Shown: positions 18,501 to 25,800 of the stretch, in pieces
Position numbering within the stretch: position 1 is the stretch's first letter
How the letters are laid out: every line of letters starts with the position of its first letter
Assembly (NCBI GenBank): GCA_903864915.1
Contig: CAIPHS010000011.1
Span: 14,634 to 78,633, forward strand
DNA from: an uncultured Candidatus Woesearchaeota archaeon
GTDB lineage: Archaea; Nanobdellota; Nanobdellia; UBA10117
Direction of reading: 5' to 3'
Length of the DNA stretch: 64,000 nucleotides
Program-made: the position numbers and the translations under genes
The notes under the pieces: generated by a model
Told to the model about the DNA's origin: nothing
The model's input: only the letters and a program-made list of their open reading frames with translations
The model's database searches: none

Positions 18501-20807
18501 TGTATCAGGCACAGTGTAATTTATTGTAACAGTATAATTTGCAGGAGCAAAACTGCACTGCGACCTGTTGTCACAGGCCCGGCAGTTCCACAAAATTGCA
18601 CCATTATTCAGATTCGTCCTGTTAAATGTAGTTTGATTTGATGTTCCGGAAGCATTCACTGTGCCATTAGCCAGGAAAGTTCCCGTATAATTCCAGTAGA
18701 AGGTGATATTAGAAAGTTTAATGTCATCAGTTGCATTACATGAGAATGTAACATTGTTTGACGTCGTTACATTTCCGTTTGCTGGGCTGACTAATGTTGC
18801 GTTAGGAGAAGTATCTGGAGTATAAGTAACATTAAAGAATAAAACATCCCAGAAGCCAACACCATTCGCACTTGGTGCGCCAACGCGTGTGATTTCTGCT
18901 TTTGCAAGAGCGCCTGTTGCGCTGGCACCAAAGAAGTTGCTGCAGCTCCAGCTTTCGTTGGCTGTTATGTTCTGACACGTCATGTTTGTTGGTTCTGATG
19001 TAGGTGGAATGGTGGTGTTAACTACAGTGTAGCTTGCTCCATTGTTAGCGTCCACTGATATATTGGCTACCGTTATGGCAGAACCGCTGTTATTGTACCA
19101 CCATTTGTAACATAAGGATACAGAGACTAGCGAACTGCAATCTGTAACGCTGGTGTTAGTAGAGTTTATCCTTATACCGCCATAATATGAGCTGGTAGTA
19201 TTTCTTCTCCAAGTGTGTAATTCGTAGCTGGTGTCGTCTGCGGTAAGAGATGATCCATTAGCCACCGTGCATGCGGCACCAAAACTATTCTGCGCTGCTG
19301 TGTCCTCTGCTGCACAATTTGTTATAGGTATTTGCGCGTACGCAGGGTCTTCTGGCGTTAGTACGAAACTATAATCCTGGCCCGGTGTTATACTTTGCAC
19401 AAATACCCAATCACCAGTGCAAATCTGATTTGCGAAATCCCAATCCTTACATTTATATAAGGAATCTCCGACAGCTGTACCTGTGACTGTTGCGCTAGTG
19501 AATTTAAACTGAGTTGGGTCGATTGCATAAATATCTACAAAATCGCCTGATGCTGACGGATTATCAATTTTAATGAAATCGGTAATATTTTGTTGGATAT
19601 CCAGATTTTCAAAGTCTATTTCTTTAATAGGATGATTTTGCAATTTGACATTAATGTTATATTCGCCCCTTGGAATGTCAAGACCTGGCTCGCCGGCAGC
19701 TTCTTCAATCGGTGCTTGTGTTTCGCTGGAGGCTAATGGCATTGGCTGTTCAATCTGATTTTCTGCAGGTGTTGTCTGAGCAGGAGTTTGCTCTGTCAGT
19801 GCGGAAGGTTGTTTTGCTGCTAGCTCTTTAAGTGTAACCGCTTCATCGCCTTTTTCGCTCTTTCCAATTGCTTCGACAGCATTTGTTTTGGTATTTGCAA
19901 ATTCGATGGTTGCTGGCACAGCATCTCCATTGGAATCTACTATTGTTGTTCCAAAAAATACAGTCTCATTTGTCTGGTTAACAGCTTCTGACTTGTTTGA
20001 GAGGGAATACGAAACCTCATCAATCTGCAATTCACTATGGTCAACTTCTATGATTAATTCGTAATTGCTCGCATCCAAGCCGTCTGGAAGCAGGCAGGTA
20101 TCTTCACAGACGTCTGTAAAGCTTATTGTTCCTGTTTGTTTCTCTGTGGTTACATTTGTGGCGTTAACCAAGGTCTCGTTTGTTGCATTTTCAGTAGGTG
20201 TGGTTAAATTCTCTTCGAGAACAGTAATGTTTTCAGCAGGCACTGCATTCTCGGATTGATTTTCAGTTGCACTTTCAGGGCTTAGCTGTTCCATTGGAGT
20301 TCCTTCGCCATTATTATCTGCTGAAATCGTGTCCGCTGCAACTGCGATGCTTTTTAGAGCACTCGAAGCATCAGAAGGTGATTGTGATTCCAGCTGTGCA
20401 GGTTCGCCCCCGCTGTCAGAAGAAGAGGCCGAACTTCCAGTAACATCTGTGAATAAACCAGTGGCCAAATCAGTAGCCTTATTCCTTAAAAGGTTTACAG
20501 AGTCAAAAACAATGAACGTCCCACTTGCCGTTTTAAGGAGAACTTTTGCCTGGCCTTCGCCTGAAAAATTGCCTGAGATTTTTACCGATTTCAAATTATA
20601 TGGCTGGCTTTCAGCGATATTTAAGACATAAGAGCTGTTTGAAGTATAAACCTCATTAACTGGGGTTGAAAAATTCTCTGAGGAAACAAAAAACCTTCCG
20701 GTGATTGCTGGGCCGGTGATTAAAAGGTTTGTTAAGATTATAAGATTTAAAGATATGATTAGTATGAACATGATTTGCGACATTGATAGCTTTCGCTTAC
20801 TCTTCAA
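9564..20807 (-). CDS. giant (3747 aa) repeat-rich, sequon-rich cell-surface protein
   Basis: Uninterrupted 11.2-kb ORF with a TTG start preceded by AAGGTGGTG. It has an N-terminal signal anchor and a C-terminal TM helix with a KR tail. In between are tens of ~85-aa Ig-like modules, two FN3-like modules and a DNRLRE-like module. Confidence 0.9.
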   Translation of the reverse strand: MKSKRKLSMSQIMFILIISLNLIILTNLLITGPAITGRFFVSSENFSTPVNEVYTSNSSYVLNIAESQPYNLKSVKISGNFSGEGQAKVLLKTASGTFIVFDSVNLLRNKATDLATGLFTDVTGSSASSSDSGGEPAQLESQSPSDASSALKSIAVAADTISADNNGEGTPMEQLSPESATENQSENAVPAENITVLEENLTTPTENATNETLVNATNVTTEKQTGTISFTDVCEDTCLLPDGLDASNYELIIEVDHSELQIDEVSYSLSNKSEAVNQTNETVFFGTTIVDSNGDAVPATIEFANTKTNAVEAIGKSEKGDEAVTLKELAAKQPSALTEQTPAQTTPAENQIEQPMPLASSETQAPIEEAAGEPGLDIPRGEYNINVKLQNHPIKEIDFENLDIQQNITDFIKIDNPSASGDFVDIYAIDPTQFKFTSATVTGTAVGDSLYKCKDWDFANQICTGDWVFVQSITPGQDYSFVLTPEDPAYAQIPITNCAAEDTAAQNSFGAACTVANGSSLTADDTSYELHTWRRNTTSSYYGGIRINSTNTSVTDCSSLVSVSLCYKWWYNNSGSAITVANISVDANNGASYTVVNTTIPPTSEPTNMTCQNITANESWSCSNFFGASATGALAKAEITRVGAPSANGVGFWDVLFFNVTYTPDTSPNATLVSPANGNVTTSNNVTFSCNATDDIKLSNITFYWNYTGTFLANGTVNASGTSNQTTFNRTNLNNGAILWNCRACDNRSQCSFAPANYTVTINYTVPDTNPPTWSTNQSSFPTQYNASQISIFNITWADNVNISTVLIEGNWSGSPQNYTATLISGTTANGIWSYNATLPAGTFYWKSYANDTNGNPNSTANWTFAINKTAINVNLYLNGTLNSNVTYIYLATVNATGTSTGGIVNVYRDGNLMVSGASPQTNLSNLGNGTYAYKVNATGNANYSDNLTGVTYYAFVNQATSACSLSFNPTSPQTYGTSLNVSCSCTAGTAQLYRNGTNVTTEINSNVTLGVGTYNYTCNITGNANYTSATNSSNYVVNKAATLTRLFLNGTEGNRSYNTGDVANFTVTINASGKTVYLDTNISGWTQQSGVTPLTNITTLSQVGYYNVTGSFPGDTNYTASNVTYYANVTILDTTPPATITGLSAPLYGLDWIYWNWTNPADADFNHAEAWLNGTFKTNTSNNYYNATGLSNSTTYQIQIRTADNAGNVNSTWVNNTAQTLAVSKQQNESIPSANGSAINATLTIINSTGQIVYLQTNTTYSFDLIAGNYTIKISPVNTPTISITYYNYTVDSNFILPGFDKPGLSDGALNIFAVNPLGSFQTANITVNLTGGVLTKCDNYTFAAQTCEEGQWHTIAYGLTPGTLYNITITPGDPGYAEFNGTALTNDTQIYQASANSNYGSITTMIVGKWNAAGRAYRSLIKFNLSSIPSGVRIDKANLTFYVTATDAGARTHNVYKIYDNRTWVELQATWNNYTTGNAWTTAGGDYNATLSTSTGVSITGYYSFNVTNDVQIFADNQSKNQGWIIIDSNEATQNTRKTYTTSNSATANQRPLLQVNWTDIQAPGWSNQSQNASTINNTDSVKLSAYWTDNVNLSYAVLSTNETGAWANKSGVYGSPLQIGPSIGNWSNFTWSNSSVSGIIGWRIWANDTQGNWNVTDIATINVTVPNTAPNTTTPTIDPTTAYKINNLYCNATLTDAEQTSLTAYFTWYKNNAANFSGIKTSITNGTNTNITILTSGNLTKGDNWTCQVIPNDGTVNGTAKNSTNITIQNSVPTISAIAFANNTTGHSFNATVNVTDVDSYTDLSTVTVNSTECTLIASTSINSTTNQTIFRCTNTTTVKALSINITVNDTSNAVASVTGTNTYPNNAPTQPTVTIAPATAYKTDNLNCSVSGSTDSDSDTISYYFNWTNGTTTVLSGLVSQTSFNLSSGNLSKGQTWTCTVIPTDTFVNGTSNSASRTISDSATTFASFTMNDTNHNVNALYSANVTDIDGLSGCKIEHNNTGSSFVNTSFTSLSGNSNWCNITILNNATNNRLVGWYVWVNDSTGTWTKSASQTFTTSNTAPTSTNPTLSNLTPATNTVLTCTNGSFTDVNGDVAAWYYQWYKNNGLISGQVSSALDLSIAGNGDKNDQIICATMASDSIANESTGWRNSSTATVQNTAPTTPTTLTPTTGMYGGTNSTIPINCTGSTDADTDTITYFIGANDSGTWHIINSSTTGAYNWDISALASQVVDINCTAGDGTVNSSSFNPAGTITIDNTKPTWSNNQSSIPLTYSATPSVFNITWADNINVSTVQIDGNWSGSAQNYTAALVSGTNASGVWSYSTTIGAGTYYWKSYANDSVGNTNASAQQTFTVSKADNPVNLYLNGTQANSTYTYPQSINATSTTLIGTVFLYRDATLLASGASPQVNISVLGNGTYAYKVNATGNTNYSDNATGVTYYAFVNKGTSVCNLTFDKTTPQNYSAALTATCSCTANSGTVALYRNGTNVTATENGTAVTLGVSTWAYECNTTGNANYTSATNTSNFVINQATRTCTLATDKNWTRTYDSTSSSTNCTVSAGSSDGSMTFTRNSTSKSSPDAVATAGSYNYACQWTGGVNYSDCTQQTNTLLINKADPSGSLSLYLQSALNNATITYGTPSNATGISTVSQDLTFNLYRNGSFITSGSPATELATLGAGNYVYVYNTTGGTNYTAGSTVVRYLTISTANDFVNLTLNGIQNNVTIPYGANLNASSSSTSGTDQIYRNGTNVTSEKNTNVSLGAGYYQYKANTTGNTNYTANGTGIIYYVTVSQVTSTCSLSFNPTSPQTYGTAINASCSCTNPEASATLYRDGANVTVTENNINTVLAAQAHNYTCNISASQNYTSASNSSNYTITRANPSGNLGLALNGIESDTAITYGTQSNATGWSDLVNNQDLTFNLYGNGILANSGDPASDVQTLAAGNYTYVYNTTGGVNYTAGSSPARLLIVDRAISVLTLSASPGWVVFNGTQTNVSCGTNTPQVTPSFYRNGTSASNPDVQTLSPGNYNYICNNSATQNYTEASTSNTLAVTLKNVSNCYLNFNPTSPQTYPTSVNASCSCTNPESSAKLYRDDADVTATENNVFASLAAGNYSYVCNVTETGNWSTASNSSIYELDPVTTVLSLTASPSWTNTYPTETTVNCSANNAEVTPQLYVNGTFVGIPYTITHAAGTYDYVCNNTASQNYTSESASNTLTINKTSTSTQLYLDGMGANETVTYPSQTNATAVTDVGSVTLYREGSSVSNQDIATLAAGTYNYTAVNLGDENYTGSFETWFLTVNQNTSSCNLAFNPTSPQTYGTAINASCSCTNPEAATELYRDGVDVTSSENNMYTTLAANTYNYVCNTSASQNYTSASTGFSYVINPVTGVIYLYLNGSRANFTTSNNTYVNISAVLVSGTGDMQVYDNGTQIYSGASPSQNVTLFDALGVHNITAEFLGNQNYTAAYETWWINITPPVISNVIAQSITDNSTQILWDTNVFANSTIDYDTTLALGSNITSASFVLSHSLALASLSANTTYFFNVTSCDQYNNCVTSGPYNFTTTSTTLTPSGFESILKHRKPTTNVSAVANETLPGQAGYTGTYYIGDFNFTSVYDYNSSVNESHVFTYDGVNHTITPLQIADNFVDLQIESKVSRLKLGVNESGDVDVTDDGVADVRITLNGIEAGSAYLTVRILEKPLASVAFAPSYMFYVQTLLTFLVVLYLIWAIWRKKKREAEEKEAKRKTR
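13209..14021 (-). repeat. intragenic segmental duplication, copy B (aa ~2263-2533 of the giant protein)
   Basis: Collinear with aa ~771-1040: PTWSxNQSS...NITWADN...YYWKSYAND...NLYLNGT...GNGTYAYKVNATGN.NYSDN.TGVTYYAFVN...CSCT...LYRNGTNVT. Confidence 0.8.
17688..18497 (-). repeat. intragenic segmental duplication, copy A (aa ~771-1040 of the giant protein)
   Basis: Partner of 13209..14021. Shared nucleotide strings include tctgcccaagttatattaaa. Confidence 0.8.
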
Positions 20808-20812
20808 AGTCT
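20666..20812 (-). repeat. leader cassette copy A (start codon plus signal-anchor coding region)
   Basis: Near-identical to 26071..26217, including a 38-nt exact run at 20743..20780 = 26148..26185. Confidence 0.9.
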
Positions 20813-20984
20813 GACACCACCTTCAATTGTGACCATCCTCCAATATACATTACAATAACAAAAGTGCCTATAAAAACATTTTGCAATTCAATATACCATT
20901 AAAAAAGGATAATAATATAATAACAAACTGTGAAAAATGATCCAGCCCAACAATTATTATCCCTTTCGAGTAATCCTGGTTTAA

Positions 20985-21797
20985 TTAGCGGCTCTTTCTT
21001 TTAGCTTTTCTTTTTTTGTTGCCTTTCTCGCTCTTGTAATACTGCCAAACTATGACTCCAACGAGTCCCAATAAAAGCCACCAGTACCAGCACAGGCTGA
21101 GAATTTCATAGCACGCATAGCTAACTTGTGGGCAATTCCCACCCGCTGTTACTTTTCCCGGCAATCCATATATTATAAAATCAGAGAATGATAAAAATTG
21201 AGCAGTGTAGTGGTAATAAACAATATCGGAACCCGTATTATTAACGTTTAAAACCTGCATATTACCATCATTAAATTTTTTAACGCCTATTGCCGATGGG
21301 CTTACGTTATGAATGGCTAGCCAGACTTTTGAAACCCTGAAGTTCAAATTGGCAGCGTTATACTGGTTAACAGTTATGCCATCGATGCGCACAGTTGCGC
21401 AATCGTAAAAAATCTCGCCTTCCTGCAGGCTATGATTCTGGCATCCTTCAGTGGTTATGTTTATAGTTCCTGAGTTGATATCCTGTGCAGCAACAAGAGT
21501 TAACCGGTCAAAAGGACTTCCAAACACGTCAATAGGAAAAGTTAGATTATCCCCCGCATGGACCGCATTCTGAATCGTATGCACGCCTTGAACGTAAATA
21601 TCTATGTAAGGTACGGTGGCATTCATTGCGCCGGCACCTGCATTTCCGCCTGCTTGCGGTGAAGGAGACGGCGGCGGTGTTGGACTACCTGGAACTGTGA
21701 GTGTAGCCCCAATGCCACCACTAGAATCGGCATGAACCGAATTAATAAAAACAAAAAGGGAAAGCACGATTAATGCCACCAAAAACTTCTTATCCAT
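20985..21797 (-). CDS. secreted PGF-pre-PGF-like domain protein with C-terminal TM anchor and KR tail
   Basis: Signal peptide (VHA/DS), Pro-rich linker and NLNFRVSKVWLAIHNV...VKKFNDG...YYHYTAQFLSFSDFIIYG. The ATG at 21797 overlaps the upstream TGA (TGATG); the ORF track extends to TTG at 21803. Confidence 0.7.
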   Translation of the reverse strand: MDKKFLVALIVLSLFVFINSVHADSSGGIGATLTVPGSPTPPPSPSPQAGGNAGAGAMNATVPYIDIYVQGVHTIQNAVHAGDNLTFPIDVFGSPFDRLTLVAAQDINSGTINITTEGCQNHSLQEGEIFYDCATVRIDGITVNQYNAANLNFRVSKVWLAIHNVSPSAIGVKKFNDGNMQVLNVNNTGSDIVYYHYTAQFLSFSDFIIYGLPGKVTAGGNCPQVSYACYEILSLCWYWWLLLGLVGVIVWQYYKSEKGNKKRKAKRKSR

Positions 21798-22300
21798 CAG
21801 CAATTCATCGTCACAGTTATTGTTTGGTTGTAAGTTGCGGGGTTTTGCGATGCCGGAACTGCCACACCAAAGTATAGTTGCAATGATGCCAATTTATTCA
21901 AGTTTCCACCAGCTATCACAACATCACTTGCAGTCAAAGCTGTTCCTGCGCCATACGTAAATCCGGATGTGCTGTATTGTGTCTGACCTACGACAAAGTT
22001 ATTAACACCGCCATCACTCCATTGCGTCCCTCTTGTGGTTGTGTTTGTTGCCTGCGCATTTCCATTGTTCGTTACATTAACAACTTGATTTGTAGCACCT
22101 GTATTTGTTCCGGCAGCTACTGAGCCAAAGCCTATTGAGCTTGTGTTTAGCGACAACATGCATTCCGCAGGAACCGTAACTTGTCCTGTTACATTGTTTG
22201 AGCTTGTATATGCATAAGCCATATCCACTGTGGCTAATAGCCCGACAATCGCCAGCGCTACAAAACCAACTATACCTATTAGCATTTGCCAGTTTTTCAT
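21797..22300 (-). CDS. small secreted pilin-like beta-sandwich protein (SCPU/Csu-like by eye)
   Basis: Signal peptide with an AYA cleavage-type site. The mature protein is a paralog of the C-terminal module of the 1142-aa protein and ends YNQTITVTMNC. GGAGGT lies upstream of the ATG. Confidence 0.7.
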   Translation of the reverse strand: MKNWQMLIGIVGFVALAIVGLLATVDMAYAYTSSNNVTGQVTVPAECMLSLNTSSIGFGSVAAGTNTGATNQVVNVTNNGNAQATNTTTRGTQWSDGGVNNFVVGQTQYSTSGFTYGAGTALTASDVVIAGGNLNKLASLQLYFGVAVPASQNPATYNQTITVTMNC

Positions 22301-22301
22301 A

Positions 22302-22793
22302 TTACCTCCGTCTCCTTATAATGCTCTCATACACTATATAGAGCAATATAAATATTATGGTTAGCGCAATTAGTAGCAAGCAAACTTCGGTTTTCAAAGA
22401 CAGCGAAACCTTATACACAAAATTCTTTTCCATCTCAGTCTGCAACACCACAACGCCACTAGCACCCCTTTCGTGCCCAAGCGCACGGACCTTACCGCTA
22501 AAACTACCTAAATGTTCCGCAGTTGCGGTTACATCGATTTGCTGCTGACTATGTGGCACTAACGTAAAATTTGCAGGCGAAACTGAAACTGTATTACCCA
22601 CATAATACGTGTTAACATCTATAGTAGTCTCGCCAGGGTTTACAACCCAATAGGTCAATGTTTTGTTTTCGCCTAACTTCAGTGTTCCAAAGTCCAATAC
22701 GCCCGCAGTCTGGCCAAATTCTGCACTCGCTATGCTCAGTGTTGCAGACAGCAACATACCTAACAACACTAGCACTTTAATCTTATTTTTCAT
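22302..22793 (-). CDS. membrane-anchored single Ig-fold protein (PapD/ASH-like by eye)
   Basis: Signal peptide. The segment LDFGTLKLGENKTLTYWVVNPGETTIDV...VSPANFTLVPHSQQQIDVTA follows the ASH/MSP/PapD-like pattern. C-terminal TM helix plus RRRR. Confidence 0.65.
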   Translation of the reverse strand: MKNKIKVLVLLGMLLSATLSIASAEFGQTAGVLDFGTLKLGENKTLTYWVVNPGETTIDVNTYYVGNTVSVSPANFTLVPHSQQQIDVTATAEHLGSFSGKVRALGHERGASGVVVLQTEMEKNFVYKVSLSLKTEVCLLLIALTIIFILLYIVYESIIRRRR

Positions 22794-22801
22794 TGTTTCC
22801 C

Positions 22802-25800
22802 CTAACAGTTCATTGTAACTGTTATTGTTTGATTGTAAACCGCGGAATTTTGTGCATTCGGAACTGCAAGGCCCCAGTATGTATCCAAACTTCCACCAGA
22901 TGAAATATTGCCATTTGCCAAGGCAGCATCTGATGCTGTCAAAGCGCTGGTCAATGACGTATAAGTTACATTTGTATCACCATACTTTGTGTAATTAACA
23001 ATGAAGTTATTACTGCCGCTATCTGTCCAATTGGTACCGCGTACAGTCGTATTTGTTACTGTCGCAGTTCCAGTGTTATTGATCCTTAACAACAAACTGT
23101 TCGCCCCCGTATCGGTGCCTGGCGCAACTGTACCGAAGTTCAGCAAGCTTGTTGACAGAGAGGCTATACACGTGGTGTTTACATTAACTGTTAATGTCCG
23201 GTTTGAAGATGCAAATGCGCAATTTGCGGAAGAATCACAGGCTTTGCAGTTCCATGTATAAGTACCAGTTGTAAGGTTGAGTGTGAAGTTTGCATGGGTT
23301 GACGTGCCCGAAACAACTGCTGTCTGGTTAAGGCTGAATGACTGATTGCTTGAATTAGTTATGTACATGCTGATGTTCTGCACATTATTGTTATCTGTTG
23401 CGTTGCACTGGAACGCAACTGTTGCTGGAGATATTGTGCTGTAACCGTTCAGCGGGCTGCTAAGTGCGACGCTGGGCAGAGTTGTGTCTATGATGTTTGC
23501 GTAAACATATTGTATGCTGTTGCTCACGCCGTTTATGTCAGTGGCATTTATTGTTATCTTATACGTGTCAACATAATTCGTGTTTGAGTAACCTGTTTCC
23601 CAAAGTCCGGATGTTGCATTGTAGATTAGTGAAATTATTTCATATCCAATACTATATGATATGTTTGCGGTGACTGTGCTCACTCCAGCTGCGTCTGTTA
23701 CATTCGCCTTGATAGGTATTATGCTTCCAAGCACATAATTGGTTCCATTTACGGGGCTTGTGATGTTTACAGTCGGAGGCGTGATACTATATGCGAAATT
23801 GTATGTTGTGTTAACATAACTGCCATCAACATTTCGTATTGTGCCGCCTGTGCTGTTCATGCAGGCTGCGTAAATTCTATATGCGCCATCTCCAAAGCTG
23901 AGGTTGTTTGTACTGTAGTTCATTGGGTTCCAGATGGTATCGAGCTTTAATATCTGGGATGGCTGCAGTTGCCTCGGCGTTGTTTCGTTTACAACAACGT
24001 CATCATCTAACCATGTGGTGCCGTTCCAGTACTGTGTTTTCATTAAGAGATAGCATGATGCATTTGTTGTTCCATTGTTTAACAACTTGCTCTGGTTTTC
24101 GGGAGCTGTGGTGACTGTCTTGAAAAAGTTAAATTCGGCCAATCTCCATTCAAATCCCCGGTTGTTGGCGATTGCCCTGAACTGTATGCGTGCCTGACTT
24201 ACATTTGTCTGGTTGAAACTTGCTATTGTCCAGGCACTGTCAGTAAAAGAACTGTTGTAGATATTTATCCAGCTGCTGCCATTGTATATGTCAACTGTTG
24301 CAAGGTCAACATCAACTGACTTTGCATTAAACCTTATCTTGTCTGAAAGCACAGGAGTTCTATTCAAATACAGATAGAAACTCATTAGTCCATCCGGATC
24401 ATTTGCTTCATGATAGCTGCGGGTTTCTGTAACAAGTTCATCATCAAATGCAGATATTTCATTATCCCATTGGTTTGAAGGATCATCGTAACCTGTTGCG
24501 GATACCCAGCCCACCGCAGCAGGGCCTGTGGTGAATGACTGGTCCGAACCATTTGTCTGTCCAGCGCTGTTGTTAATCTGCGCAATAAAGTGATATGTCT
24601 TTCCGTTTTGCAGTCCGTTAATTCTGCTAGACATAGAAAAGACTGTGTATTCTGGAGACTGCCAGTCAGTTGCGTTTGTATATGAAGTATTTTCTCCGTA
24701 AATGAACCTTATCTGGCATTTGTCTCCACCATCACTAAGAGTGGTAGCATGAAGAATTGCAGTATCATCTTCTACTGCGGTTGCTTCTCTCGTCGTGACA
24801 ACTGGCAGGTTTACCTGCGTGGATATGTTATAGAACTGGAACTCGTACAGCCAGTATATCCAGCCGCCAACAGTATAGTTAAACCTGAACCTTCCGCCCG
24901 TAACATTTCCTATTGTGAAATTTGCTTCATACCAATTAAGATTGTCAATAGGGCCTTGGTAAACATCAGTCCAGTTGCCATCCCTAACTACATCTATGTC
25001 AACTGCATTTACCTGCGTATAGTAATCTGCCCAAACTCTGACACGGTCAGATGTTATCTGGCTAACATTAAATGTTATGAATGAACCCCAACCTGCACCA
25101 GGGTTGGAATTATCGCTTGCATAGGTATGCGTATCGCCATCCATCGAGTTAGGCAAGTTTGTCCAAAGCCCGGTTGGGTCAGAGTTATTTGATGGTAATA
25201 TCCATAAACCAGGCGGGTCGCCAACGCTTATGTATGAATAATACTTTTTGCCCAGGCTGTTTGTGGCTGTAAGCAGAACTACGTAATGCCCTGGCAGCTT
25301 GTTTCCAGAGGACCATATTGCCTGCCATGTGCCGTCAGTTGAACTTCCATTAACAAGACTCAAAGACACTTCTTCGCTGCCTGCCGAGGTCGGTATCTGT
25401 GCAGTTACGTTTGATACTGCACGACTGCCCTTAACATGTGCAGATATAAGCAGTTGAGAAGATTCAATTCCCGTCAATCCAAATCTGCCAGAACCTCCAC
25501 CTCCGCTTGGACCAACATAAGTACTTGTAATCTGAGGAGCATCAGCATCGGATTCATCAGGGTCGGTTATGTTGATGCCTTGATTTGCAGTATAGCCTTC
25601 TTTTAGCGTATGTACTTGTATGGAAAGGTTCTGGTAGCTTACAGTTACATTCCTTGTTTCTGTAGAGTTGCTGTTTCCAATCGTGTCTATTGCGGTCGCA
25701 TTGAATAAGTAAAGTCCATTGGACAAATCAGTAAAGTTCGCAAAATTAGGTGACGTTAAAGTTGTAGTTGAATTAATTAATGATGTAGAGTTATACAAAT

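Noticed and set aside
11105-20631. About 20 plus-strand ORFs of 60-107 aa inside the giant gene (for example 14005..14328, 14530..14853, 15430..15687, 20329..20631).
   Set aside because: They are antisense to a continuous 11.2-kb ORF with coherent domain structure. Their composition (V/F/L/C-rich) mirrors the N/T/S-rich sense codons, and none has a start context or promoter.
9564-20807. Periodic nucleotide repeats that could be mistaken for a CRISPR array or satellite.
   Set aside because: The repeats are about 255-270 nt, in frame and diverged, and they encode Ig-like modules. There are no short direct repeats with unique spacers and no cas genes in the window.
20808-20984. Mobile-element boundary between the operon and the giant gene, suggested by the duplicated leader and tail cassettes.
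   Set aside because: No transposase or integrase, terminal inverted repeats or target-site duplications are visible. The duplications are confined to coding 5' and 3' ends and are better explained by gene conversion.
21797-22300. Type IV pilin (class III signal peptide) interpretation of the 167-aa protein.
   Set aside because: The N-terminus lacks the K/R-G followed by a hydrophobic mature helix. It looks like a Sec signal with an A-x-A (AYA) site followed by a polar beta-rich domain. No PilB/PilC/PibD-type genes are nearby.
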